A stretch of 64,000 nucleotides of DNA from Camelus ferus. Lineage: Eukaryota. Below are positions 14,040 through 28,344 of the stretch, in pieces; position 1 is the first letter of the stretch; the number at the start of each line of letters is the position of its first letter. Below the pieces are notes generated by a model. That model searched no databases. It was given only the letters and a program-made list of their open reading frames with translations, and had not been told where the DNA came from. A program made the translations under genes and the position numbers. The stretch covers positions 88,724,001 to 88,788,000 of the forward strand of contig NC_045697.1 of assembly GCF_009834535.1 (NCBI RefSeq), given 5' to 3'.

Positions 14040-14922
14040 AAAGAAAAGATGTTCAACATCACTAATAATTAGAGGAATGAAATCAAAACAACAATGAGAT
14101 ATCACCTCACAACATTAAAAGAACACAAATTACACATATTGGAGAGGATCTGGAGAAAAGGGAGTCCTTATACACTGTTGATGGGAACTTATATTCATGC
14201 CGCCATTAAGGAAAATAGAATGGAGGCTTCTCAAAAAACTAAAAATAGAACTACCCTATGATCCAGCAATTCCACTCCTGGAAATATATCCAGAAAAAAA
14301 CAAAAGCTCTGTCTCAAAAAGGTAGCATGCACACCAATGATGATAGCAGCACTATCCCCATCAACAGACAAACGGAAGCAACCCAAGTCCCCATCAACAG
14401 ACAAACGGATAAAGAAGATGTGACATATTACATGTATATGAATGTATAAACATGTATAGATGCATACACATATGAATAATGGAATATAACTCAGCCAGAA
14501 AAAAGATTGAAATTCTGCCATTTGCAGCAATGTGGATGGACCTAGAGAATATTCTGCTTAATTAATTAAGTCAGACAGAGGAAGACAAATACTGTATGAT
14601 ATAACTTCTATATGGAATCTAAAAAAAATATAAGTGAATATATATGCAAAACAGAAACAGACTCATAGATATAAAAAACAAACTAGTGGTTACCAAAGAG
14701 GAGAAGAGGAAAAGGCACAGTAGGAGTATGGAATTAAAGATAGAAACTACTACGTAAAAAATAGATAAGCAACAAGGATATATTATATAGTACAGGGAAT
14801 TTTAGCCATTATCTTGTAATAACTTCTAATGGAACATAATCTGTAAAATTCTGAATCACTATGCTGTACACCTGAACTTAATATAATAATATAAATCAAC
14901 TATGCTTCAATTAAAAATAAAT
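14040..14922 (+). mobile_element. L1 3' end (ORF2 tail + 3' UTR), 5'-truncated
   Basis: aaaagatgttcaacatcactaat…ccctatgatccagcaattccactcctgg…tggatggacctagag…gctgtacacctgaa…aaatcaactatgcttcaattaaaaataaa. Confidence 0.9.
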
Positions 14923-15432
14923 AATTTTAGTGGTAGTATAGCTGCTAATATTCATAATATCAAGGAATAATTTTATAAATGCAATTTGCCTTTGATACAT
15001 GGTACTTGATACAAAGTAAAAAAAAATTGGAACCAGTCTCATATACCAGACTTTAAAAAAATTACATCTTAAATAATTAGACAAAATTAAATTTCTATTT
15101 TGAGTTTGTTGAAGTGTTCTTTACACAGAAAATTTACTTACACAAAGTAGGCACTGAATAAATACTTATTAATGAATGGGAATGAAATAAGTCAGAATGA
15201 GGAAATAAAGAAAACATGCTGAGACGGCCAAGCAAAATTAATACAGACTAAGAGAAAGGTACAGAAATATATCTGAGGGAAATATATTTATCTTTGTCTT
15301 GCTTTTACAACACCGCATGTATTACCCATTCCTCTGTCCTTTGAAGATTGAGGAGTGAGCCATTAAATAGCATAAAATAAAAAACACATAAAATTTTTTA
15401 AAACCCTCTTTTTATCAACAACAAATAATGAC

Positions 15433-15868
15433 TGTTTGGAGAGGAAATCTGCCCTGATATCTGCTTGTTCGTGCTGGGTATTCTAAAAATTTAAAGCCCT
15501 GACAAGCTTTCTATCTGAGCTATTTCTCAAGGCTGTGATTGCAGTGAGAAACCTTAAGAAATAAGACAGCACCTCTCCCTGGACTGAGAGCAGGTTTGTT
15601 CTCACTTGCTATGAAAGCAGTAAATCCCCCAAGCTGTGTGTTCCTCTGCTGTAGTACGATCCACTGCATGCGTGACATCCATGAGATCGGGAGGGCATGG
15701 GGAACCGGACACAACTAGGAAGCTCTGGCTACTGCTTTTGCTGTGAGTAATAAAGTCCTTTGTCTCTGACCCAGGAGTTTCATGGTTTTTGTCAGCAGAT
15801 ATTAAACAGTAACAGGTTAATTTTCTAGTGAGTAGGGTAAAATCTCAGACCCTGTACAGCTCTGGACA
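15433..15868 (+). mobile_element. Solo LTR, probably ERVL class
   Basis: TGT…ACA termini, internal gtaataaagtcctttgtctctgacc, near-matching 5-bp flanks atgac/atgaa. Confidence 0.7.
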
Positions 15869-16009
15869 ATGAAATTATTATCAAAATTTGTGAGTGTGTG
15901 TGTGTGTATCCACATATAATTCTATACATATACATAAACACATACATACATAAACACATACATACAGCTGTATCCCATTTCTACTTTTTTTAGGTAGCCC
16001 TTGTAACGC

Positions 16010-16200
16010 AGTGTTAATGGCATACCATCTTGGGCCATTTATTTAAATTCTCTGTCCCCTAGTTTCCTCAACTATACATTGAGAATACCACCAGTAGATA
16101 ACTCACAGGGCTATAATGAGAACTAAATGGTATAATGAATGTAATATTCTTAGAACAATGTTTGGCACTCCAGTAACTTGTATCATACTACACTATTATT
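16010..16200 (+). mobile_element. MIR SINE relic
   Basis: cttgggccatttatttaaattctctgtcccctagtttcctca… resembles the MIR core. Confidence 0.6.
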
Positions 16201-17664
16201 GATGGATATTTTAGAATCCATCATTTTTCAAAGATATTTCACTGAAAGTAGGTTTATGATCCTTCCATAGTATTGAAGAACACTGATTTTGGGGAAACAA
16301 ATGCCATGTAAGGAGTAACATTTATATTTGTATATAAATATAATGACAATTTTTAAATGAAAATTTCACATTTTGCTTTGTGTACTTAAAATCACTTTTT
16401 AAAAATTTCAAATTGGCTGACTGCACAAAAAATAATGCAATTTTTTCCTCCTATTTCTAAAGTCTATCGCTTTTAAGATTATTCAGACAGTGTATTTAGA
16501 GACTTCCTAGTTATGAAATCTATTGAAAAGACAACAGTGGCCTCTAGTGATGCAAAAACTAAAATAACAGACTGGAAATCTACATCATCTAAAGGAAAAT
16601 AAATTTTACATGATTTGCTGAAATGTTTAGTCTAATTGATGATGGATTAATATAGTCTTTCACAGAAAGTCCTCTCCCTCAAAAAAATAACTCTTTACAC
16701 ACTGATAAGTTAATGTACACACTTTTTACCTCAAACAGAACTGGCATCTTCACTTCTCCTGTCTAGAAGGGACTATAGGTTCATACACAGACAAATTGTA
16801 CATAATCACAAGAATACTCATTTACTCGTCAAGCACATCTGATTAGCAGTAAGTTAGAGCTTGCTTATAAATACTACTATGGCAGCAGGATTTGGAAACT
16901 CACCTAAACTTTGATCTATTTATACTTGTTCAGAAAAAACTGTCATGGAGGTCCAATGATTAGCTATATGAATGTTTGTGTAGATTTTAGAGTCAAATGA
17001 AATTTTTATTATTACTTTATCATATGTAAACATATACAGACGTATCATGCATGAATATATACCAGAATCACGTCTACATGCTATATACCTGTGGATATGC
17101 ATACATTATCTTACAGATACATATACCCACGTAGGTATAATTATCTCTTGATAGATATAAGTCACTTTGTGACAGTTAAAAAATACTTCCCAGTTTTCTA
17201 AGAATTATTCTCTAAAATACCTGTGAGTTAACATTTACTCCTTTAGCAGGAGAATTTCCAAAGGAAAAAATAAATAAAAACCTATGGAGGAGAATAACTA
17301 TTTGATTTATATCTAGTCAAAAATTAGACCAGAACAATAACTAGACTAAACAATAAATCAATACTATCAGTATTTTTAATTTTCTTTTTATTTGTTCCAA
17401 AATTTATTTTCCATTCACTGTTCTTACAAAACTGAATTCTTTCATTTTTTGGCACTTATTTTTTTAGAACAGTAGAATGAAATGGACTGAATCTAGAATC
17501 TAGCCTCTAGCCAGACCTGAGAGGTTTATCTGGCCTGAATTTCGTTTTGATAATTGATATAATAAACATTTATTAGACACATTCTAGAGGACAATACTGT
17601 GCTAGGAACTAAATAGGTAAATAAAAGATTCAATGGAATATGTTCGGTACAATTGTCTTTAACC

Positions 17665-17813
17665 ATCTGGAATGCCTGAACACACAGTCTGCAGAGTGCC
17701 ACCCCCAGAATTTCTGATTCAAGAAGTGGTGGGGCACAAGGTCTTGCGTTACTAACAAGTTCCAGAGAAATGCTGATTTTGCTGTTCTTGGGAAAACACT
17801 TCCAGAACAACTG
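17665..17813. mobile_element. MER5-like hAT-Charlie relic
   Basis: ccacccccagaatttctgattca…taacaagttcc…atgctgat…acacttccagaacaactg. Confidence 0.65.
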
Positions 17814-18073
17814 ATTGAGTGTGTTATACTGTTTGGGCTTAGCAAGGATGTTTTGTAAAATGACGCTAACCCAGACTTGGAGAAGTTAGGGGAAAATCCC
17901 CAGAGGACCTGAACTGGGTCTTGAAGAATGGTGAACAAAGCCAGGTGAAACCAGGCAAATTTTTACTGTTGCAGGAGCCCTGTTTCTAGCTGAGCTTTAA
18001 TAGACTACAAATCCAGACCAAACCAAGTCTTCTACTGAGTTGGGAATTTTATTCATTTAAAAAGCATAGCATT

Positions 18074-18248
18074 GAGAGGGATGGGAAGGGATAAACTGGG
18101 AGTTTGAGATTTGCAGATACTGACTGGTATATATAAAATAGATAAACAAGTTTATACTGTTTAGCACATGGAAATATAGTCAATATCTTGTAGTAGCTCA
18201 CGGTGAAAAATAATACGAAAATGAATATATGTATACACACACAAAAAA
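18074..18248 (+). mobile_element. Short L1 3'-UTR fragment
   Basis: gggataaactgggagtttgagatttgcagatact…ataaaatagataaacaag…tagcacatggaaatatagtcaatatcttgtagta; flanked by aaag(c/a)atagcatt repeats. Confidence 0.75.
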
Positions 18249-18719
18249 AGAATAGCATTTATCTTTTTCTGACAACTGCAGTTTCAATGAGGTTAAAAGA
18301 ATGCATGATAGACATAAATAGAAACCTGATCTTATAAGCTTTGGCTAAGCTGGGGTATTTTTGATCTCAAAGAAAATTTAATACTCAACTTTTTCTAAGA
18401 GTTGGCATCTCAAAGGGCTCAACAAGACACTTGAATAGAAATTTGACCTTAAAATAAGAGGCTTTTATATCTCTAAATAATAATTTGCTATGTTTCCTCA
18501 AACAAAAACAATGATCAAAATAGTAGTATCAATAAATGAATTAAGTCAATAATTTTTTTCATATAGTTGAGCAACATAGTGTGTAGCATATTTTCAAGTC
18601 ACTAAGGCAAAATAGACAGAAACTAATATAAAAGCAAATTTGCAGGATAGTCAAGAACCAGAAAAGACAAAGAAGAGAACTAAGATTGGCAAATTTATTT
18701 AGTATATTTCTTGAAGTCT

Positions 18720-19545
18720 ATTCTTGGCATAGAGCTTCTAAACTCATTGGAACTTCCTGTGAGGAGAGCAACAAAGGTGCCTTCTGTTGTGGTAATGAGG
18801 TGATCTTTGGATCGAATCTAAGGATGGGGGCTGGTTGCCTGGAGAACTAACCTGTGATTAGAGGGTTGGAACTTTCAGTCTCACCTCTTGCCCTCTGGAG
18901 AGGGGAGAGGGGCTGCAGGTTAAATTAGGCCAATGACCAGTGACCTAATCAGTCACACCTCTGTAATGAAGCCTCCACAAAACCCCCAAAGACAGGGTTT
19001 AGAGAGTTTCCAGTTTGGTGAACATACATGGAGATTTGGAGAGTGGCCCACCTGGAAAGAGTATGGAAGCCCTTTCTCTGTACCTGACCCTGGCATCTCT
19101 TCCATTTGGCTGTTCCTGAGTTACATGCTTTTATAATAAACCGGTGATCTTATAAGTAAAACATTTCTCTGAGTTCTGTGACCCACTCTAGAAAATTAAT
19201 TGAACCCAAGGAGACGGTCAAGAGATCATCTGATTTATGGCCAGTTGGTCAGAAGTACTAGTAACAACCTGGAATTGGGGCTGGCATCTAAAGTCCAAGG
19301 AGGAGGTTATTGGAATCGCTGATCTATAGTCAGTCAGGAGTGTTAGTAGCAACCTGGGTTTGCTATTGGCATCTGAAGTGGGGGTGGGGGGAGCATTTTG
19401 TAGGACTAAACCGTATATCTGGGATCTGATGCTATCTCCAGGTGACAGTGTCAGAATTGAGCTGAATTGTAGGAGACCTGGCTAGTGCCACACAATCGCT
19501 TGGAGATGTGGGAACCTCCCTCCCCATTAGAATTGGGTTCAGAGT
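18720..19545 (+). mobile_element. MER21-like ERVL LTR
   Basis: gtgattagagggttggaactttcag…ctcttccatttggctgttcctgagtt…ataataaacc…ctgagttctgtga…gtgtcagaattgagctgaatt motifs. Confidence 0.75.
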
Positions 19546-21649
19546 CCTTACCTTGTTATTCTCATTTAGTCATAGTATCCAATTCTGAGTTTCAGAAACG
19601 CAACTTCTGAAAGACCAAGGAGAAGGCCAGGCACTGAGTTTAACGATAGCCCAGAAATCCATGTTGCAGGGAACTTGCACTGAACTTTGTTTTGTCTAAC
19701 ACTCAGAATCTCTGATTCTTTGAATCACAACTTATCTATTTTCTATCAATTACATATTTTCATTCTTAAATTACTCATAAAATTTCCAATATATTTTATT
19801 AATGTAAACCTTTTTATTCATACAAAAGTATAATTACATGGAAAATATTAAAGGGAAAATGAACTTAATATATCAAACATTTCTTAGCCAAAACTAAAAT
19901 CTCTCAATTATTTGAGTAGCTTTGGACAAACAATACCAAAGAAAAACAAAAATAAAAAATGAAATGTTTGGGCATGAATTGTTTATAAATCAAAACAAAT
20001 TAGTTATTGAATAAGGTAAGATGTGGAATAAATACCCATGCTTAACATCTACTCTTTAATATCCAATAATCTTCACTTTGTTTTATATATTGAGATACTC
20101 AATCTGTTGCATTTTTCTTGAGTTTTTATACAAAAGTTGTTCTAAGGTTTTATAACAGATTTCCATGAATTCATTTGAGGTATGTCTGGAATTTAAAAGT
20201 TATGAAAAGAATATCCTCAAAAAAGGTGGAGACTATATGTAGACATTCCTTTTTTGCACTAAGCAAATCTAGTGTTGTGATGGCAAATGACCCTCCTTCC
20301 TAAAAGATACCCAGGAGACTACTACTGCTAGTTTACAATTGTATCATGTGGTGAACTTTCTAGAAGATCTGGGACAAGAATGATCTCTTTAGAGTAAACA
20401 AAAATACACACACATGTTTAATTTTGAAAATATGGCCTGATTTGACTTATTATTTTATTAAGATACGTGTTGCTTAGAAATCTAACAAGCACAAGTTTAG
20501 TCATTATTCATACACTCTTATCTCGAAAATTATTATAACCTTTTTTCTAATCTCCAGGAAGCATGTTTCTTTTCATACCTAAGTGAAATAACACTTATTT
20601 TTAAAGACCATAACAGCATGTAAATTCTTATCTTTTAAAAATTAATTTTCTGTTATTTTTACACTTCAGTATTATGAGGAAATATATCTTAAATTTCTTC
20701 AAGTCTGTGATTTAGGTATGAGATACTAACATCCATCCTAATACTTTATTCTTTATTTGCTGTCAGCCAGCTTGTTTTCAAGCAGCTCTTCTGATTTTCC
20801 AGCACTTAACATAAAAAGTTTAGGTTTCTCCTCAAAATGCATGCATTCCATTATTTATCTAAACCATTATTGAAAGCCTATCTTATGTAAACACATTGGT
20901 GGTGGGATAATGGAGATCTGCAAATATAAACTCCGTCCTTAAGGAACATCCTATTCATCTAGAATGAAAAGTAAGACATACATAAGTAATTTAGGACTGT
21001 GAAGGGCAGAAATTAGTAAATGCTAGACAGAAGTATCAATAAAATGCTATGAGAGTTTAAAGGAAGGACAGATAACACCTAGCTGAAAGAATCAAGGACA
21101 GACTCCTGGAGGCCATGATATTTCAGCCCCAATTCAAAAACAGTGACATTTGCGTAAGTAGTTGGAGGAAAGGAAACTCCAGGTAGAGGTGACAATGTAA
21201 CAAGTGGCAGGAATGAAACAAAAGAAGAAAAAGAGAAGGGAATTACATCCATCTAGTACATGGTGGTTATGGTTTTATATTCACCATTAGCTTGTAATAA
21301 TACAATTTCAATACTAATGGCCACAGCTCTATAAAAAGGATTCAAGCAGTAGTCAAGAACGCTACATAATCCTGGAGAGACACCTTGGTCCTTTCCCTTT
21401 TCCTCTGCCACTACAACCCCAAATATCTGCTCTGGGACAATCTGCCTTGGGGCTATCAAGACATTTTCTCCTCTTGTTACAGATAACCTCTTAATTTGCA
21501 AGTCTGATGGGTAGAGTGACCATACAACACAATTTGCCTGAGGTAGTTCCAGTGTATCCGTATCATCTTTGTGTAACTTTTATTGGGTCTCTTTTTAGGT
21601 TTTGATAATAAATTATATGGCCTTGCTACTCACAGGGTCTATACATCAC

Positions 21650-23860
21650 ATTTCTAACCTCATTTCCCATACCTCCCCAAACTCCCAACCCTCCCTCGAT
21701 ACTTTCTGGATTAACCAGTTTCAATTACCTGAAAAACCCCTTCACCCCTTTCTCTGAGTGTTTCTTTCCCTTTCCTGATATAACTGTAACCAGGCTCTCC
21801 CCTGAGTATGTATTTCCACCAAAGCCCTCTTCGTTAGTGTGGTGCTGAAGGCATCTTCTTGTTTCTCATTGTTGCATCCAGACTCTTCTCCTTTATTCTT
21901 CCCTGAGAACCATCACCAGAGGATATTATGATTTAGGACTAATACAGTAAAACTATTCCTCTTCGTTGCAGTCACCTACCAACTTTCTGTTCGTTTCCTT
22001 CTTTCTTTAAAGATTTAATATTTCGTTTCCCTATACATTTCTACAGTCATAATTCAGGTAGGGAATTGCCCCCAATACTTCATCTCTTAGTTTCTGTCCT
22101 CTCTCCACTGATGCTTTACTCCCCCCACACATAAGCCTCAGCTACACACTTTCTCTTTTTTTTTTATTAATGTTTTTTTTAAATTCTTTTTTTAAAACTT
22201 GATTTTGGGGGTAATTAGATTTATTTATTTATTTTAATGGGGTCCTGGAGATTAAACCCAGGACCTTGTACATGCTAGGTACACACTCTACCACTGAGCT
22301 ATACCCTCCACCCACATATTCCCTTAGTCACAACCTAGACTTCGTCATTTTTATTAGCTATAACCTCTCCATAGCCAAAATCTTAAGCATCCTAAATTTC
22401 AACCCAATCTTCAGCTCACTTTCTGCAGTATCCTAACTCCAATTATTTATTAAACCCACTGGGGCTTTGACACTGCCATCTTTCATCATTTCTCACTCAT
22501 TTCATGTTCTCATGTGCTTCCTATGCAGCTTAAGTCTCATGATCAAGAATTACAATCACTATCTTACTTATACCCAGTGCATGCTCTGTTTACTCCATGC
22601 CTGTGCATCTGTGCTGTTTGGGATAAAGGAAACATACACACACAAATACACACACACTGACCCGTCCCAGTTCACGTTTATGACTACTAACTCAGATTGC
22701 CCCTTAACAATATGGTAATCAAGTTGTTTTCCTAATCCACTCACTCTCCTTCTCTCCTAAACAACCACGTCATATTTACTCCCTATTTCTTACTTTCACC
22801 TAATGATCTTGCTTCCTGTTTTGGTGAAACTATCTGAAGCCTCAGAGGAGAACTACTACCATCAAATCTCTCCACCTGCGTACATCTAGCCACACATACT
22901 CACCATCTCTCCTGTGGCTGTATAAGAACAGTTGATGGTCCAGTTGACAGAAAAAACTCATGTAGTCTCTGTCCCATTAACTCTCACTACCATTCAAGGG
23001 CAATTCTCCTGTAATTCACATTTTCTCCTGCATCGTGAAGTTTTCCTTCTCTCTTGAGTCTTTCCATAATATGCCACAACTTCTATTTTTAAAACAAGAA
23101 CACTAAATAAGACAAAAACAAATCTTCTCAACTCCACTTCCCTCTTCAAGAACCACTTCAACTCTTTCATGCCTTTTAATACAGTTTTTTGACCAGTATC
23201 TATATTCACTTTTTCCAGTCCCTCACCTTCCCTTCTTCTTGGAACCCCTGAATCAGGCTTCCACCATTGCCGTCCTCCTGTAATACCCCTTGTGAAAGTC
23301 TTGAGTGACCTCCTTGATATTGCCAGTCCAACAATCAGTTCTCATTCCCCATCTTACCTGATCTGTCAGCAGTTTTTGACGTAATTGGTCAAATTGGTCA
23401 AAAGTAGGCCACTTTTTTCTCCTCTGAAACACTTTCTTCTCTTCGTTTCCAAGACATAACCCCCTCATGAATGTCCTTGCAACTCACTGGCTGTGTTTAT
23501 TCTCTTCTTCAATGAATAACTAATCTTCTTTTGCTAGGGTTGGAATGGTCCATGCCTTAATATCAAGCTTCTTTTCTTTTCTATCTTCACTCAATTCCTT
23601 GGCAATCACGCACTTTTTCTATATGCCAACGACTCCCAACTCTGTATCTTTTGAGTAAACCTATTCCCTAAACTCCAGAGCGATGTATCCAATTCTTGAC
23701 TCAACATCTTCACTTCAGTAAATGTAACGTGTCAAAGAGTGAGTTGCTAACTCCCTCGCCTTCAAGACCTACTCCTCTTTCAAACTGGATCCCATTTCAC
23801 TGAAAGTCAACTCACTCCATGTTGCTCAGTCAAAACTTTAAAATCGTTTTTTGACTTCTG
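21650..23860 (+). mobile_element. Degenerate L2 LINE remnant (interrupted by a SINE)
   Basis: CT-rich, with L2-type motifs (gtgacctcc…cccatcttacctgatctgtcagcagtttttgac; tatatgccaacgactcccaa…ctccagagc). Boundaries approximate. Confidence 0.6.
22153..22313 (-). mobile_element. tRNA-derived SINE (Vic-1-like)
   Basis: acccaggaccttgtacatgctagg…actctaccactgagctataccc with a T-rich tail and ggggtaattag. Confidence 0.9.
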
Positions 23861-23872
23861 TCTTTGTTTATC

Positions 23873-24490
23873 TCTCATTCAACAACTATGTGTACTGTGC
23901 ACGTACAAAGCTAAGCACTGTCTCTTCTATGTGCTGGCGCTACAATAGTGAACAAATCAGACAAAAATTCTGGTCTCATGGAGCAAATGCACTAGTGGAG
24001 AAAGTCAGAAAATCAACATAATAAAATTGTAAACTGCGTAGCACTTTATGATGTTACTGGTAGTGTGGAGAAAAACTACTGACGGTGAGGGATGAAGGGT
24101 GTAATGGGCGTAACTTGAAATTTTAAATAGGATACTATGGAAATTTTCACCAAGAAGGTAACAACTGAGTAAAGATTTAAAAGATGTGAAGGACTGAGGC
24201 AAGTGAATATTTAAGAGAGAACACTCCAGTGTGAAGAAATACTAAGTGCAAATGTTCTGAGTCAAGAGTGGGCCACACATATTCTTGGAACAGCAAGGAG
24301 GCCAGCGTGGCTAGAGCAGTGGGAACTGGAAGCAGTGAGGGTAGTAGGTCAGCTGAGAGCTAGATCATGGAGGGACCTACAGGTCCCTGCGAAGACTTCC
24401 GTGTTTACAGAGTGAGATAGGCAACTACTGGAGGGTTTTGAGCAGAAGAGAGGCATTATTTCACTTCTCTTTTAACAGAATCACTGTCTC
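23873..24490 (-). mobile_element. L2 3' end
   Basis: cattcaacaactat…acaatagtgaacaaatcagac…ggaacagcaaggaggccagcgtggctagagc…ctggagggttttgagcag. Confidence 0.7.
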
Positions 24491-25094
24491 TTCTTCGAGA
24501 AGAACCTATATGAGGCCAATGGTATAATCAGACAGAAGCATTTTACATTTAAACTTTATATAATTCACTTCATTAAATTCTAACAACAATTCTTTAGAAG
24601 GGATAGTACTTTTCAAGAATCTTCATAAAGGAATACTCAAAATATGTAATAAAGAGTTAGTCACAGGCATTTACCACCTGTGAGAGTCACCAGTCTTAAC
24701 CACCTAACGGAAGCAAGGTGAAGACCAGCCCCACGTGGCTGAAAAGGATATGGAGAAAGTATGGCCTCCTAAACAAAAGAGACTGGAGCTCCTATTCACT
24801 AATACTTTTGAAAATATTTTTCTTGTAGGGCCTTAAAATACATAGTCAACTTCGGCCTATTGCATAAAACTGAGCTTCCGAAACAATTTGATCATCTCTG
24901 GAAGTTTAAATGTCCCATAATATGCTAAAAAACAAAAACTCAATCAGCTCATAAAACAGAGGCAGGGCATTTAGCAAAATTAGTAATTTTTAAAATTCAT
25001 CACTTAAAAGACTATTAAATAAGTATTTAATATTTAGTTTCATTCATTTTTATACTCTATGCTGTTTTTTTATACATATCTTTAAATGTTCGAT

Positions 25095-25260
25095 TTTCTT
25101 CTTTTTTATTTTAAATGTTTTTTTCTTTTTTGGGGGGGTAATTAAATTTATTTATTTATTTATTTATTTATTTATTTTAATTTCTTTTTTAATGGAGGTA
25201 CTGGGGATTGAACCCAGGACCTCATGAATGCTAAGCACTGAGCTATACCCCAACACCCCC
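25095..25260 (-). mobile_element. tRNA-derived SINE (Vic-1-like) with an internal deletion
   Basis: ggaggtactggggattgaacccaggacctcatgaatgctaagcactgagctataccc; lacks the atgcactctacc segment found in sister copies. Confidence 0.88.
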
Positions 25261-28200
25261 CATTACATGTTTTGAGAATTTTAACACACACTGCACTATA
25301 CACCATGATTTTGATGATTTTAGAGAGGGAGGACTGATTCTTTACTGGGTACAATTTCCTTGATCTAAATCATTCCTGTATTTTGCTACAGGGACTGATC
25401 TCATCAGCAAAAATAGATGAATACCCCTCTTACATTTTAATTGCTTTCTTTGCATCATTCATTATTTGAATTAACATATTTTTGCACCTAAATATTAATC
25501 ACACATTGGTGAATTGCTTACCTTACCAGGAAATTTAAAGCAACATTATCTATACTCTTGCCTGCAAACTGTATATAAATAGCCATACTGCTACAAGCCA
25601 AGTACGTGAAGTCAAAGTTTATGATACACTCAATAAGCCTTACTTTATTTTTTAAACTTTCTATTATATTGTGATGATTAAAAAATACATTGCATAGCCA
25701 TCTTCTGTGCAAACATACCTCTATACTCTTTTCCCATGCTTGTAACAAAATACAAATGCAGACATGCAGGTGATGTTTTTTTCTAGAGAAATGAGACAAT
25801 ACCATTCATGCTAATCTGAAAAATTATTTTTCCCTTTACATAATTTATCACAGTCAACACTTAAAAATCTAACCTAATATTTTAAATAGAAGCTGAACAT
25901 TTTCTATGGACATCTAGATAATTCCTTTTTAAAATTTATTTATAGGTTCTCAAAAACTTATTTGCAATTCCAAAATTAATCTTTTTTCTGTCATTTTTTG
26001 AGAAACCTGACCTTAAGCAATATGAGGCTATTTATAATCTTTAACATACTTAATTTGAATATTCATACATTTTGCTGCAGAAATATAAATGTGTTTGATT
26101 ATGAGGGGCTGCCCTAGCCCCTTAGTGATTAATAATATATGGAATAGCCTTCATCTTATTGTTACAAAAATCCCCAAACATCAGAATTCTTAAACATATT
26201 TGGCCCCAAGGGTTTTTGTTACTGTTTTGTACATTTGTATAAAGAATGCTGCAATAAATATTCTTTGACCTATCGAATTAAAGACTGGGACTTTTGCTTT
26301 TGTAAATTGGATTTCTAGAAGTGAAATTCCTAGATCATAAAATATGCACCTCTTCAATTCTTAAGTGCCCTAACTTGCTTTCAGAAATGCTGCAATTCAT
26401 ACTTCTATCAAATATGTTACATGTTTCAATTTCTCATGGTTTTGCCAGCAAAATATTTTGACAAACTTATAGTATAATAACTTCATAGACTACCATAATT
26501 TCCATACTGCTATTTCCCATGGTGAACCTGCCTTGCTTGAATTACCACGCACAACATATCATAAATAATCCTGATACCCAAGAGACAATTTAAAAGCGGC
26601 AAGTCAGGACATGTAAAGCCTAAAAGACCACTTGTTTCAGCAGTTACGTTACAAAGCACTTTCTTCCAACGATTTCCAACATCGACTCATTACCTCATTT
26701 TATTTATTTTTATGCCCTGGGTTACCATCTTTTTTTATGCTGTTGTCTGTTAACTGTGAAACTTAGTAATAAGCCATATTAGTCTGTAGTTCTCTTTTTC
26801 CCTCCTACTTCTCTCCCTCCTTCATTTCTGTTTCATTTGGAGATTACTCTTCTTCCAAATGCACCGTAAATTTCGACGTTCTCTATTCGCTCCTCCGATG
26901 TTCTCCCTGTGTGAGCATTTTCACTTACTAATACTCCCACACTTATTTCTCTAGACTAAAGCATTCTCCTTGTTTCTCACACATGTTGCTACAGGATGTG
27001 CAGGAGAGAATGTGTGCTATATACTCCATTGGCTCCCACAGGCATTTCATACCCCCTCTTCCTCTGTTTCACATCTTAGGTACTCTGGGAGCTAGCACTG
27101 CCTGGCATTCAGTGAACTGAAGACATGTTTGATAAATGCATGAATGAAAAACAATAGTGCTTTACATTTCTATAAAACTTTTCACAGTCGTTGTTCAACA
27201 TTAAAACACAATCACAATAATTCTTTGATAAAGGCAGAATAATTTCAAAGACGTTAAGCAGCTGGAAAAAAGATATAAGACTCAAATGTGATAGAATCAG
27301 GGATAAAATCAAGTTTTCCAGTTTTAAATCTACCTCTGTTTCATCTTGTGGGTTTTTAACTGAAAGACCCTTATTTTATTCAACTTTATAAATTATACAT
27401 TGATTTTATTTTGTTGCCCTTAGCTTGAACACATTGTAAAAACATAACACCATGAGAAAACACTAAATAGACTGACAGCAGGCAGTTAAAGTGGAACACT
27501 TGAAAGTACTACCTGTAATGTGTAAACAAAAATGTATTAATATGAGCATGCATTCTAACTCCTATTTTTCTTGACTTACAACCATTTCACTGAAAATCAG
27601 AAGGCAATGGCAAAAATTCCCCTCTGAGCAAGAAGAGGATGCCTTCAGTGTCTGTCTGCCTGTGTCGTATCTAATGGTTATGTGGATATAAGTAGATGGA
27701 TTTGATTTTTCAGAGTGTGTTTTAGTGTATGCAGCGTGAGACTGCAAAGAAATACCGCTTCATTTTTCTGACTAGCGTATATGAATCAGAATCAGTCTTT
27801 GAATTTTCTCAAAGAGGTCAAAATTAACCCAAAGGTGCAACCTTTCCTTATTTTGTAATATTCTTGAAAGTGTGTGACCAGCAGACATTACCCAGCCTGT
27901 TTCTACTTGTCGGAACACTGCAGTCACCAGTTGTTTCTCACTTCTTCGCTGCACGGGCAGAACAGAATTTTCCCACGCTGAGTTTCTTGAGATGACTCAG
28001 TAAATCTTTCAGCTCCTCAGTAAAGCTCTTGCCACAGCACCCCCTTCCCAGCGTGTACAGAATGCACACCTGTGGTGCATACATGCTGGGATTTGATCAA
28101 GAAGCTGACTATGGCTCTGTGCCTGGTTTGTGTTTTATAGTCACAAAACATGTTGGGCAAAGCCATTATTCTGCAGACCTTTTACCTGCCTGGAGTGTCA

Positions 28201-28344
28201 TGCCACTTCTGAGATCACTGGGGCTCCAGAGAACTCTCTGGCCTTTTGAACTCTGACTTCCTCTCTGCTTCCTCCGGATTATTGTTTCTCGGTGCATTTT
28301 TCAAGATACTGCTTATTAATGAGCTTTTCAAAAGTCAGAGAATT

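Noticed and set aside
16536..16550. CTCF-like motif (gtggcctctagtga)
   Set aside because: Only a partial match; cannot be told from chance without a PWM scan or ChIP data.
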